From the NCBI GenBank assembly GCA_035712665.1, contig DASTAN010000098.1:1-53438 (forward strand): a DNA stretch of 53,438 nucleotides. Direction: 5' to 3'. The stretch is from Gemmatimonadales bacterium. Its GTDB lineage: Bacteria; Gemmatimonadota; Gemmatimonadetes; Gemmatimonadales; GWC2-71-9. The translations under genes were made by a program, and so were the position numbers. Positions 1 through 8,653 of the stretch are shown here, one piece after another. The notes beneath the pieces were generated by a model that was not told where the DNA came from, ran no database searches, and saw nothing but the letters and a program-made list of their open reading frames with translations. Each line of letters starts with the position of its first letter. The first letter of the stretch is position 1.

Positions 1-144
1 CTGCGCGCGCTGCACGGCCCGATCCGCCGCGCCTTCGTGGTGCAGGGCGACGACCTCGCGGTCGCGATGATGGTGACGATCCTCCGCGAGGAGGGCGTCC
101 GCGACGTGATCGTGCCGCGCGAGGGGGAATCGTTCCCCTTCTGA
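1..144 (+). CDS. 3' end of an upstream gene; possibly a second beta-CASP/MBL-fold hydrolase (C-terminal fragment only)
   Basis: Frame 1 reads LRALHGPIRRAFVVQGDD...VIVPREGESFPF and stops at TGA 142-144. By eye the tail aligns with the C-terminus (VKRAFCVHGEPE...VHVPAHGERFVL) of the beta-CASP protein at 734-2128. Confidence 0.4.
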   Translation: MRALHGPIRRAFVVQGDDLAVAMMVTILREEGVRDVIVPREGESFPF

Positions 145-191
145 GTCGTGCCGCCCGCGCGTGGGCGCTCGCCCTCGCGGCCAGCGCCGCC

Positions 192-737
192 TTGCTGTAT
201 GTCCTCTCCTTCCTGGTCGTGCTCGTGGTGTCGCGACTCGACCAGCGCTACGATGCCGATGCGATCGTCGTCCTCGGCGCGGCGCAGTACGATGGCCGCC
301 CCTCGCCCGTCTTCCAGGCGCGACTCGACCACGCCGCGCTCCTGCGGCGCGAGGGATACGCCGGGCTCATCGTCGTCACCGGCGGCATCGTGGCCGGCGA
401 TCGGATGAGCGAGGCGACCGCCGGGCGTCGCTATCTCGTGCAGGCGGGGATCCCGACCGAGGAGATCGCGGTCGTGGCCGAGGGCCGCTCGACGGCGGAG
501 TCGATGGAGGCGGTGAGCGACCTGCTGGGCGGCGACGCGGTGCAGCGCGTGATCCTGGTCAGCGACCCGTTCCATCTCGCGCGCCTCCGGCTCGAGGCGC
601 GCCGCGTCGGGCTCGCGGCGTACACCTCGCCGACGCGGACCTCGCCGATCTCCGCGCGCTTCGGCACCGAGGTGCGCTACCTGCTGGCCGAGGCGGCCAA
701 GCTGCCCGTCATCCTTCTCTGGAGTCTTGCCTCATGA
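192..737 (+). CDS. DUF218 / YdcF (SanA-ElyC-like) family membrane-anchored protein
   Basis: 181-aa ORF with a hydrophobic N-terminus, then DAIVVLGAAQYDGRPSPVFQARLDHA...IVVTGG...ILVSDPFHLARL, a pattern typical of DUF218. The start is uncertain: TTG 192 in the track, but the frame stays open upstream to CTG 141, which overlaps the preceding TGA. Confidence 0.7.
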   Translation: MLYVLSFLVVLVVSRLDQRYDADAIVVLGAAQYDGRPSPVFQARLDHAALLRREGYAGLIVVTGGIVAGDRMSEATAGRRYLVQAGIPTEEIAVVAEGRSTAESMEAVSDLLGGDAVQRVILVSDPFHLARLRLEARRVGLAAYTSPTRTSPISARFGTEVRYLLAEAAKLPVILLWSLAS

Positions 738-2128
738 GTCGTGACGTCGCCATCTCGTTCTGGGGCGCGGCCGGGCAGGTCACCGGCTCGTGCCACCTCG
801 TCGAATGGCACGGGCGCAAGCTCGCGCTCGATGCCGGCCTCTTCCAGGGCCACCGCGAGGAGGCGCGCCGCCTCAACGCGGTGCTCCCCTTCGACCCGCG
901 GCACCTCGACGCCATCGTGCTGAGCCACGCGCACATCGACCACAGCGGGCGGCTGCCGCTCCTCGTCTCGAAGCAGTACGACGGCCCGATCCACTGCACG
1001 GCCGCGACGCGCGATCTCTGCGCGGTGATGCTCCCGGACTCCGCGCACATCCAGGAGACCGACTTCCGCTGGCTGCAGAAGAAGGGGCGTGCCGGCCGGG
1101 AATCGGAGCCGCTCTACACGATGGCCGACGCGCTGGCCGTCCCCGGCCTGATGCACACGCACCCGTACGGTCGCGAGTTCCGCGTGAACGGCGGCGACCT
1201 GCGCGCCACCTTCCACGACGCGGGGCACATCCTCGGCAGCGCGAGCATCACGCTCACCGGCGCCCCGGGGGAGCCGCGCGTCGTCTTCTCCGGCGACATC
1301 GGTCGCTGGAACCAGCCGATCATCCGGGACCCGCAGGCACCGACCGGCCCCGTCGACGCGCTCATCATCGAGAGCACCTACGCCCTCAAGCGCCACGGGA
1401 CGACCAGCGAGGCCTCCGAGGCGCTCGCCGACATCGTGCGTCGCGTCGCCCGGCGCGGCGGCAAGGTGCTGATCCCGTCGTTCGCCGTCGGCCGCACGCA
1501 GGAGCTGCTCTACGAGCTGCACGAGCTCTTCCGCGACGGGAAGATCCCCGAGATCCCCGTCTTCGTCGACTCGCCGCTCGCGATGGAGGCGACCGCCGTC
1601 TTCCGGCTCCACCCCGAGGTGTACGACGGCACCGAGGACCTGATCCAGGCCAACGCCAAGATCTTCGACCATCGCCTCGTGCGCTTCGTGCGCGACGTCG
1701 AGGAGTCCAAGCGCCTCAACGGGCTGCAGGGCGCGGCGATCATCATCGCGGCGAGCGGGATGGCCGAGTCGGGGCGGATCCTGCACCACCTGATCAACCA
1801 CGGCGGGCATCCCGACAACTGCGTCCTCTTCGTCGGCTTCCAGGCGGCGTACACCCTCGGTCGGCGCATCCGCGAGGGCGCGCGCGAGGTGAAGATCTAC
1901 GGCGAGATGCACCCGATGCGCGCCGAGGTCGCGACCATCGACGGCTACTCCGCGCACGCCGACCAGGACGAGCTGCGCCGCTGGGTGCGCAACCTCGGCG
2001 GCCCGGTGAAGCGCGCCTTCTGCGTGCACGGCGAGCCCGAGGCGCTCGCGGGGATGCGGGAGCTCCTCCTGTCGGAGGGCGTCGGCGAGGTGCACGTCCC
2101 GGCGCACGGCGAGCGATTCGTCCTGTGA
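734..2128 (+). CDS. MBL-fold beta-CASP family hydrolase (RNA-metabolising metallo-beta-lactamase type)
   Basis: MSRDVAISFWGAAGQVTGSCH..., HAHIDHSG (HxHxDH) motif, beta-CASP-like middle region, C-terminal ...DGYSAHADQDEL. ATG 734 overlaps the upstream stop (ATGA). The ORF-track entry 161-2128 is over-extended. Confidence 0.85.
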   Translation: MSRDVAISFWGAAGQVTGSCHLVEWHGRKLALDAGLFQGHREEARRLNAVLPFDPRHLDAIVLSHAHIDHSGRLPLLVSKQYDGPIHCTAATRDLCAVMLPDSAHIQETDFRWLQKKGRAGRESEPLYTMADALAVPGLMHTHPYGREFRVNGGDLRATFHDAGHILGSASITLTGAPGEPRVVFSGDIGRWNQPIIRDPQAPTGPVDALIIESTYALKRHGTTSEASEALADIVRRVARRGGKVLIPSFAVGRTQELLYELHELFRDGKIPEIPVFVDSPLAMEATAVFRLHPEVYDGTEDLIQANAKIFDHRLVRFVRDVEESKRLNGLQGAAIIIAASGMAESGRILHHLINHGGHPDNCVLFVGFQAAYTLGRRIREGAREVKIYGEMHPMRAEVATIDGYSAHADQDELRRWVRNLGGPVKRAFCVHGEPEALAGMRELLLSEGVGEVHVPAHGERFVL

Positions 2129-3489
2129 CCGCGCTCGCCCTCGGGCGCGCACTGCTCGGCACCGCGCTCCTCGCCGCACCGCTCGCCGCGCAGCAGGTCA
2201 GCGTCCCCGCGACGATCGACACGCTGCCGAACGGCCTCCGCGTCATCGTGCACGAGGACCACTCGGCACCGATCGCCACGGTGAACGTCTGGTACCACGT
2301 CGGCTCCGGGCGCGAGAAGCCCGGGCGCACCGGCTTCGCGCACCTGTTCGAGCACCTGATGTTCATGGGGAGCCAGCACGCGCCCTATCCGCAGTTCGAT
2401 CGCCTCCTCGAGGCCGCCGGCGCGAACAACAACGGCTCCACCACCGAGGACCGCACGAACTACTACGAGTCGGGACCGTCCAGCGCCCTCGCGCTGATGC
2501 TCTGGCTCGAGGCCGATCGGATGGGATGGCTGCTGCCGACGATGGACGCGGCCAAGGTCGATGCGCAACGGGACGTCGTGAAGAACGAGCGCCGGGAGAG
2601 CGTGGAGAACCAGCCGTACGGGCTGGTCACCGACCACCTGCCGACGATGCTCTATCGGTCGAGCCATCCCTATTCGTGGCCCGTCATCGGCTCGATGCGT
2701 GACCTCTCGGCCGCCTCGCTCGACGACGTGCAGGAGTTCTTCCGCACCTGGTACGCCCCGAACAACGCGGTGATCGCGGTCGCCGGCGCGGTGCGCCGCG
2801 ACAGCGTGCTGGCGCTGGTGCGCACCTACTTCGGCGCGATCCCGCGCGGCCCCGCGATCGTCGAGACGATTCCCGTGCGCGCGCCGATGCGGCGCGACAC
2901 CGCGCGGGTTCTCGAGGATCGCGTCCAGCTCCCGATGCTGCAGTACGTCTTTCCGACGGTCCGCGCGTGGCACCCGGATGATGCCGCGCTGCAGGTGGCG
3001 CGCGTGCTGCTCGCCGGCGCGAAGAATGCCCGGCTGACGCGTCGGCTCGTGTACGACGAGGCCACGGCGGCCGAGGTCTATGCCTTCGCCGACGCCAAGC
3101 GCTACGCGGGCGACTTCGTGGTCGGCGCGCTGGCGGGGCCAGGGATCGCGCTGCCCCGGCTGCAGCGCGCGATCGACGAGGAGCTCGCGCGGCTCGCGAC
3201 CGAGGGACCGTCGACACGCGAACTCGAGCAGGCCCGAAACGCGCTCGAGGCCGGCTTCCTTGCCCGGATCCAGACCGTCGACGGCAAGGCCGAGGCCCTC
3301 AACGCCTACTACTTCGAGACCGGCACCCCGGACGCGTTCCAGCGCGACCTCGATCGCCTCCGGGCCGTGACCGCCGAGGACGTTCAGCGCGTGGTGCGCA
3401 CCTACCTGACGGGGCCGCGGGCGATCGTCAGCGTCGTGCCGGAGGGCCAGCGCGCCCTTGCAGCGGTCGCCCCGGAGGTGGTCCCGTGA
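2125..3489 (+). CDS. M16 (pitrilysin/insulinase) family zinc peptidase, catalytic subunit, secreted
   Basis: Signal peptide ...LLAAPLAAQQ and the HLFEH (HxxEH) zinc motif followed by ...EDRTNYY. GTG 2125 overlaps the upstream TGA (GTGA). Confidence 0.85.
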   Translation: MTALALGRALLGTALLAAPLAAQQVSVPATIDTLPNGLRVIVHEDHSAPIATVNVWYHVGSGREKPGRTGFAHLFEHLMFMGSQHAPYPQFDRLLEAAGANNNGSTTEDRTNYYESGPSSALALMLWLEADRMGWLLPTMDAAKVDAQRDVVKNERRESVENQPYGLVTDHLPTMLYRSSHPYSWPVIGSMRDLSAASLDDVQEFFRTWYAPNNAVIAVAGAVRRDSVLALVRTYFGAIPRGPAIVETIPVRAPMRRDTARVLEDRVQLPMLQYVFPTVRAWHPDDAALQVARVLLAGAKNARLTRRLVYDEATAAEVYAFADAKRYAGDFVVGALAGPGIALPRLQRAIDEELARLATEGPSTRELEQARNALEAGFLARIQTVDGKAEALNAYYFETGTPDAFQRDLDRLRAVTAEDVQRVVRTYLTGPRAIVSVVPEGQRALAAVAPEVVP

Positions 3490-4919
3490 ACCGTTCACGT
3501 CGTCGTGCGTGGTGGAACGCGATTCCGGTCGCCGTGGCGCTCGCCGCCAGTGATCTCGGCGCCCAGGTCACCACGCCGCCCGAACTCGGCCCGCCTCCGG
3601 CGATCCTGCTCCCCACGGTGGATACGGCCCGGCTCGGCAATGGGCTGACCGTGCTCGTCGCGCGGAACGCCGAGGTCCCGATCGTCTCGGCCCGACTCGT
3701 CATCGATGGCGGTGCGCGGGTCGAGGGGGTGGCGCCCGGCGTGGTCGCCTTCACCGCGGGGATGCTCGACGAGGGCGCCGGCGCGCGCGATGCGTTTGCG
3801 TTCGCGGAGGCGACCGCCTTCCTCGGGGCGCGCCTGTCAAGCGGTGCCGACTGGGAGATGGTCGGACTCACGCTCAGCGGCCCGAAGCGCACCTTCAGCG
3901 AGGCGATGGCCCTTCTCGCGGATGCGGCGCTCCGCCCCGCGTTCGCGGCGAGCGACGTGGCCCGCCAGCGCGACCTGCGGCTGGCCGAGCTCACCCAGGA
4001 GCGCGACGAGCCCGACGCCGTCGCCGATCGCGTCTTCGCGCGCAACGTCTTCCCGGCCTGGCATCCGTATCACGTCGCCCTCGGCGGCGACTCGGCCAAC
4101 GTCGCGCGCATCGACTCCGCGCTGGTGCGCCGCACCTGGGACGGCCTCGCCGATCCGCGGCGCGCCACGCTGGTGCTCACCGGCGACATCACGCTCGCCG
4201 AGGCCCGCGCGATGGCCGACCGGCACTTCGGGGCGTGGACGCCACCCGCCGCGCCGCTGGGGAAGCTCGCCGCGGGCTCGCTCGGGGCCGCGCCGCGCCC
4301 GGCGACGCGGATCATCCTCGTGGACAAGCCGGGCGCCGCGCAGTCGGTGCTCCGCATCGGGGCGCCCGGCGTCCCGCGCAACACGCCGGACTACGCCGCC
4401 CTCGCGCTGATGAACACCATCCTCGGCGGCTCGTTCTCCGCGCGCGTGAACGACATCCTGCGTGAGCAGCGCGGCTACACCTACGGCGCCCGCACCGGCT
4501 TCGGCTGGAGCCCGGTGCCCGATGCGTTCGAGGCCCGCACCTCGGTGCGCACCGATGTCACCGACTCGTCGGTGGCGATCCTCTTCCGCGAGTTCGCGCG
4601 GCTTCGGGACGAGCCGGTGCCGACCACCGAGCTCGAGCGCGCCCGCAACTATCTCGTCCTCGGCTCGGCCGGCGATTTCGAGACGGCGGGCCAGCTCGGC
4701 ACCGCGATCGTCGAGGCGCTCCTCTTCGGTCGGTCGCTCACCGCGATCAGCGAGGAGCTTGAGGCGATCACCCGACTCACCGCGGAGGACGTGCAGCGCG
4801 CGGCGCGACGGCATCTCGATCCGGCGGCACTCACCGTCGTGATCGTCGGCGACGTCGCCGCCATCCGGCCAGGCCTCGAGCGCCTCGGCCTCGGCCCGAT
4901 CACCGTGCAGGCGTACTGA
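3486..4919 (+). CDS. M16 family peptidase-like protein lacking HxxEH (likely non-catalytic partner subunit)
   Basis: 477-aa ORF with a signal peptide and M16-like layout (…NGLTVLVARN…, C-terminal …YLVLG…) but no HxxEH. GTG 3486 overlaps the upstream TGA. Confidence 0.8.
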   Translation: MNRSRRRAWWNAIPVAVALAASDLGAQVTTPPELGPPPAILLPTVDTARLGNGLTVLVARNAEVPIVSARLVIDGGARVEGVAPGVVAFTAGMLDEGAGARDAFAFAEATAFLGARLSSGADWEMVGLTLSGPKRTFSEAMALLADAALRPAFAASDVARQRDLRLAELTQERDEPDAVADRVFARNVFPAWHPYHVALGGDSANVARIDSALVRRTWDGLADPRRATLVLTGDITLAEARAMADRHFGAWTPPAAPLGKLAAGSLGAAPRPATRIILVDKPGAAQSVLRIGAPGVPRNTPDYAALALMNTILGGSFSARVNDILREQRGYTYGARTGFGWSPVPDAFEARTSVRTDVTDSSVAILFREFARLRDEPVPTTELERARNYLVLGSAGDFETAGQLGTAIVEALLFGRSLTAISEELEAITRLTAEDVQRAARRHLDPAALTVVIVGDVAAIRPGLERLGLGPITVQAY

Positions 4920-5461
4920 TGACCCTCCTCGGCTCGCGGCGCATCCACACCGGGCGCGTGGTGTCGCTCGACATCGACACCGTGCGCTTCCCCAACGGCA
5001 ACGTCGGCGAGCTCGAGATGCTGCGACATCCCGGCGCCTCGGCGGTACTGCCGTTCCTCGATCCCGTCGACGATCCCGATCCGCGCGTGCTCCTCATCCG
5101 GCAGTACCGCCACGCCACGGGCGACTACCTCTGGGAGATCCCGGCCGGGCGGCGCGACGGCGACGAGGCACCGCTCGCCACCGCGCATCGCGAGCTCGCC
5201 GAGGAAACCGGCTACCGGGCGGCGACGATGCAGCCGCTCACCAGCATCTGGACCACCCCGGGCTTCACCGACGAGGTGATCCACCTCTTCCTCGCCGCCG
5301 GCCTCACCGCGGGGGAGACCGCGCTGGAGCACGACGAGGTGCTCGACCTCCACCCGACCCGCTGGTCCGCCGCCCTCACGATGGTTCAAAATGGAACCAT
5401 CCGTGACACCAAGACCGTGACCGCCCTCCTCTTTGTTCAGGGTTTCTTGCGGCAACCTTGA
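4919..5461 (+). CDS. NUDIX hydrolase (ADP-ribose pyrophosphatase-like)
   Basis: Nudix box GRRDGDEAPLATAHRELAEETGY. ATG 4919 shares its A with the upstream TGA. Confidence 0.85.
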   Translation: MTLLGSRRIHTGRVVSLDIDTVRFPNGNVGELEMLRHPGASAVLPFLDPVDDPDPRVLLIRQYRHATGDYLWEIPAGRRDGDEAPLATAHRELAEETGYRAATMQPLTSIWTTPGFTDEVIHLFLAAGLTAGETALEHDEVLDLHPTRWSAALTMVQNGTIRDTKTVTALLFVQGFLRQP

Positions 5462-5677
5462 ACAATCGTGTACCAGACAGTACACTTTGCTCGTCACCCA
5501 TCTCGCTGCCGGTTCAGGATGCTCTCCACGGGATTCCGTGTCGGTGCATCCATTCGGGAATCCGGAACGAATAGCGTGATGTGACGACCTTGCGGGACCC
5601 TCGGGGGCGCTCCCTCGACCGGTGTCCAACGTTGGGTCGACCTTGCTTGAACACACACAAGAGTAAGGGAGAGCCCC

Positions 5678-6340
5678 ATGACGTCGATCGCACTGCCCAG
5701 CGCGACCTACACCGCTGCTCCGGTTCGTGAGCGGACGATGGTTGCGTCCCCCGCCTCCGACCGCGCCAACGAGGAGAACGCGCGCCTCGTGGCGGCCCAT
5801 CTCGCCGGCGACGAGTTCGCCTTCGGCGAGCTGGTGCGCCGCTATCAGGGTCGGCTGCTGAACTTCATCTTCCGGATGATCGGCGACCGCGAGCGCGCCG
5901 AGGATCTGGTGCAGGAAGCCTTCGTGCGGGTGCACCGCCACCTGCACCGCTTCGATCCGACGCGGAAGTTCTCGACGTGGATCTACACCATCGCCTCCAA
6001 CCTGGCGAAGAACGAGCTCCGCAATCGCGCCCGCTCGCCGCTGGTCTTCCACGAGTCGGCCCGCGCGGAATGGGAAGAGGACGCCCGCCCGCTCGAGCTC
6101 GAGGATGCCTCGACGCGGCCGGACCAGGTCTTCCACAACCAGCACCTGTATGACCTCGTGCAGGGCACCGTGGCGCGGCTCTCCGACCACCACCGCACCG
6201 TCTTCGTGCTGCGGGAGCTCGAGGGGAAGTCGTACGAGGAGATCGCCGACATCACCGGCACCAACCTCGGCACGGTGAAGTCGCGGCTGAACCGGGCCCG
6301 GTCGGCGTTCGCGCAGATGGTGGCGCCATATCTGGACTGA
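5678..6340 (+). CDS. ECF-type RNA polymerase sigma-70 family factor
   Basis: Region 2 (DLVQEAFVRVHRHLHRFDPTRKFSTWIYTIASN) and region 4 (LRELEGKSYEEIADITGTNLGTVKSRLNRAR). AAGGGAG Shine-Dalgarno-like site upstream of the ATG. Confidence 0.9.
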   Translation: MTSIALPSATYTAAPVRERTMVASPASDRANEENARLVAAHLAGDEFAFGELVRRYQGRLLNFIFRMIGDRERAEDLVQEAFVRVHRHLHRFDPTRKFSTWIYTIASNLAKNELRNRARSPLVFHESARAEWEEDARPLELEDASTRPDQVFHNQHLYDLVQGTVARLSDHHRTVFVLRELEGKSYEEIADITGTNLGTVKSRLNRARSAFAQMVAPYLD

Positions 6341-6341
6341 C

Positions 6342-6420
6342 GGTGAACCGTGGGTGAGGGGTACGGGGTAAGGGGTGAGGGGGAGCGAACGGTCGTTCCC
6401 CCTCACCCCTTACCCCTTAC
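6342..6420. repeat. Heptamer-periodic palindromic element (GTGAACG + GGGGTGA/GGGGTAA units) with a perfect 20-bp stem
   Basis: GGTGAACCGTGGGTGAGGGGTAC, then GGGGTAAGGGGTGAGGGGGA (6365-6384), a 12-nt loop, and TCCCCCTCACCCCTTACCCC (6397-6416), which is the exact reverse complement. Confidence 0.9.
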
Positions 6421-6429
6421 ATCCCCCCT

Positions 6430-6455
6430 CCGCCTTCCGCCTTCCGCCTTCCGCC
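6430..6455. repeat. Tandem heptamer array (CCGCCTT) x about 3.7
   Basis: CCGCCTTCCGCCTTCCGCCTTCCGCC read directly; it lies just upstream of the anti-sigma start. Confidence 0.9.
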
Positions 6456-6478
6456 GATCCGCAGTATCCTGAGGGGTT

Positions 6479-6703
6479 ATGACCTGCGCCGAGTTCTCCC
6501 GCTACTACACCGACTTCCGTGACGGCAACGATCCGGCGATGGCCGAGCGGATGCGGGCCCACGTCGAGCTCTGCCCGAAGTGCCGCTCGCACCACCGGGC
6601 GCTCCACGTCGGGGTCGAGATGCTGCGGAATCACGAACTCGATCCGTCCGAAGGCCTCCAGCACTCCCTGTCCGCACGCTTCAAGACCCGCCCGATCCGC
6701 TAG
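6479..6703 (+). CDS. Putative zinc-finger (zf-HC2-like) anti-sigma factor
   Basis: 74-aa ORF directly downstream of the ECF sigma gene. Contains C-x...H-x3-C-x2-C (MTCAEF...HVELCPKCRSHH). GAGGGG lies before the ATG. Confidence 0.6.
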   Translation: MTCAEFSRYYTDFRDGNDPAMAERMRAHVELCPKCRSHHRALHVGVEMLRNHELDPSEGLQHSLSARFKTRPIR

Positions 6704-6716
6704 TTAGCTTTCGGCG

Positions 6717-7775
6717 ATGGCTCGCCGTCTCCGCCCCGACCAGCTCCAGCGCGCACTCGCCGCCGATCCGCCGGCGGGGGCGTACTACGTGCACGGGCCG
6801 GAGGCGCTGCTCCGCGACGAGGCGGTGGCGACGCTGCTCGACACCATCCTCGACCCCGGGCTCCGCGACTTCAACCTCGACCTGCTGAGCGCCACGCAGG
6901 TCGAGCCCGACGCCCTCGCCGCCGCGTGCAGCACGCTGCCGATGATGGCGGATCGCCGCGTCGTGGTGCTCCGCGACGTCGAGGCGTGGAAGCGGAAGAC
7001 GAAGGCGAAGCAGCCTGCCCTGCAGTATCTCGAACGTCCCGCGCCCGAGACCGTGCTGGTCCTGGTGCAGGGCGATGGCAACGACCCGGATGCCGACCTC
7101 GCGGCGCGCAGCGTGAGCGTCGAGTGCGCGACGCCGATCGGCGACGCCCTCGACGCCTGGCTCGATGCGCGCCTCGCCGCGGTCGACGTGACCCTCGCCC
7201 CCGACGCACGGGAGCACCTGCTTCGCGCCACCAACGGCGACCTCGGCCTCCTGCACGCCGAGTGCGGCAAGCTCGCCGGGCTCGGCGGCGGCGCGGCGCT
7301 CGACCTCGCGACGGTCGGTGACCTGGTCGGCGTGCGTGCCGGCGAGACCGCCGACGACTGGCGCGACGCCGTGCTGGCCGACGACCTCCCCCGCGCGATG
7401 GCGACGCTGCCGCGCGTGCTCGAGCAGTCGGGGGTCTCGGGGGTGAAGCTGGTCACCCTCCTGGGCTCCTCGCTGCTGGTGCTCCGCTGGGGCCGCGTCA
7501 CCGCCGAAGCGCGGAAGATCCGCGGCGCGTCGCTCGTCGACCCGGTGAAGAAGCTCTGCTTCGGCACGCGCCCGAGTGTCGGCTCCTACGATCCGTTCGC
7601 GCGACTCGTCGGTGAGGTCGTCGGGCGCTGGTCGCTCGCGCGCCTCGATGCGGCCGTGCGGGCCACCCTCGCCGCCGACGTCGCCCTCAAGACCACCACC
7701 GTCTCCGGCGAGCAGGGCATCCTGACCGATCTCGTCCTCGCCCTCGCTGCCTCACGCACCCGGAAGGCCGCCTGA
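6717..7775 (+). CDS. holA: DNA polymerase III delta subunit
   Basis: YYVHGPEALLRDEAV...FNLDLLSA...TLPMMADRRVVVLRDVE pattern typical of HolA; about 350 aa. Confidence 0.75.
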   Translation: MARRLRPDQLQRALAADPPAGAYYVHGPEALLRDEAVATLLDTILDPGLRDFNLDLLSATQVEPDALAAACSTLPMMADRRVVVLRDVEAWKRKTKAKQPALQYLERPAPETVLVLVQGDGNDPDADLAARSVSVECATPIGDALDAWLDARLAAVDVTLAPDAREHLLRATNGDLGLLHAECGKLAGLGGGAALDLATVGDLVGVRAGETADDWRDAVLADDLPRAMATLPRVLEQSGVSGVKLVTLLGSSLLVLRWGRVTAEARKIRGASLVDPVKKLCFGTRPSVGSYDPFARLVGEVVGRWSLARLDAAVRATLAADVALKTTTVSGEQGILTDLVLALAASRTRKAA

Positions 7776-8653
7776 TGTCGCTCCGTCGCCTCGCTGTCGT
7801 CCTGTCGCTCGCCGCGTCACCGCTCGCCGCGCAGGACTCCGCCCTCCCGACCACGCCGCGCTTCGTCGAGATCCTCCGCCTCGCGCAGGACGGCCGTGGC
7901 GACTCCGCCCGCGTGCTGGTCAATCGCTACCTCGAGGAGACGGCGTCGGCCGACGCGTCGTATCCCGAGGCGCTCTACACGGCGGCGACCGTGGCGCGCA
8001 CCGGCGACCAGGCCCGGCTCCTCTTCTCGCGCGTGGCGGTCGAGTACGCCACCTCGGCGTGGGCCGATCGGGCGCTGCTGCGGCTCGCGCAGCTCGACTA
8101 CGGCGCCGGCGACACCCAGGGCACGGTCGCGCGCGTCACCCGCCTGATGGCCGACTACCCGCTGTCGCCGGTCCTGCCGACCGCGGCGCTCTGGGGCGCG
8201 CGTGCGGCCTTCGAGCGGCGTGACGGCACCACCGCGTGTGCGTGGCTCACGCGCGGGATCGAGCGCGTCGGCGACGACGTCGAGCTCAAGAACCAGCTCG
8301 AGTTCACGCGCCAGCGCTGCACCACCCTGGGCGGCAGCACGACGCCGACCGGCCCGGTGCCGACCCAGCCGCAGCCCGAACCGGTGCGCACCCCGGCGCC
8401 GGAGGATCGCACCGCGACGGCCCCCGCCTCGCCGTGGCGCGTGCAGGTGGCCGCCGTGAGCGACCCGGCCGCGATCCGTCGCGTCGAGCAGCAGATCGAG
8501 CGTGCCGGCTTCACGGTGTTTCGCGTGCCGGGCCCCAACGGCCTCACCAAGCTGCAGGCCGGCCCGTTCGCGACCCGCGAGGCGGCGCAGGCGAAGGTCG
8601 CCGCGCTGGCAGCCGCGGTCGGCGGCCAGCCGTTCGTGACGCGAGCGCCGTGA
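7775..8653 (+). CDS. SPOR-domain protein with TPR-like N-terminal region, secreted
   Basis: Signal peptide ...ASPLAAQD, a Pro/Thr-rich linker, and a C-terminal SPOR-like WRVQVAAVSD...GLTKLQAGPFATREAAQA. ATG 7775 shares its A with the holA TGA. Confidence 0.7.
   Translation: MSLRRLAVVLSLAASPLAAQDSALPTTPRFVEILRLAQDGRGDSARVLVNRYLEETASADASYPEALYTAATVARTGDQARLLFSRVAVEYATSAWADRALLRLAQLDYGAGDTQGTVARVTRLMADYPLSPVLPTAALWGARAAFERRDGTTACAWLTRGIERVGDDVELKNQLEFTRQRCTTLGGSTTPTGPVPTQPQPEPVRTPAPEDRTATAPASPWRVQVAAVSDPAAIRRVEQQIERAGFTVFRVPGPNGLTKLQAGPFATREAAQAKVAALAAAVGGQPFVTRAP

Noticed and set aside
5564-5588. Possible autoregulated ECF promoter (GGAAC-N16-CGAC) upstream of the sigma factor gene
   Set aside because: Only the GGAAC half resembles ECF -35 elements, and the -10 part does not match well. 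Without start-site data or orthologous alignments this is no better than chance in a 216-nt region.
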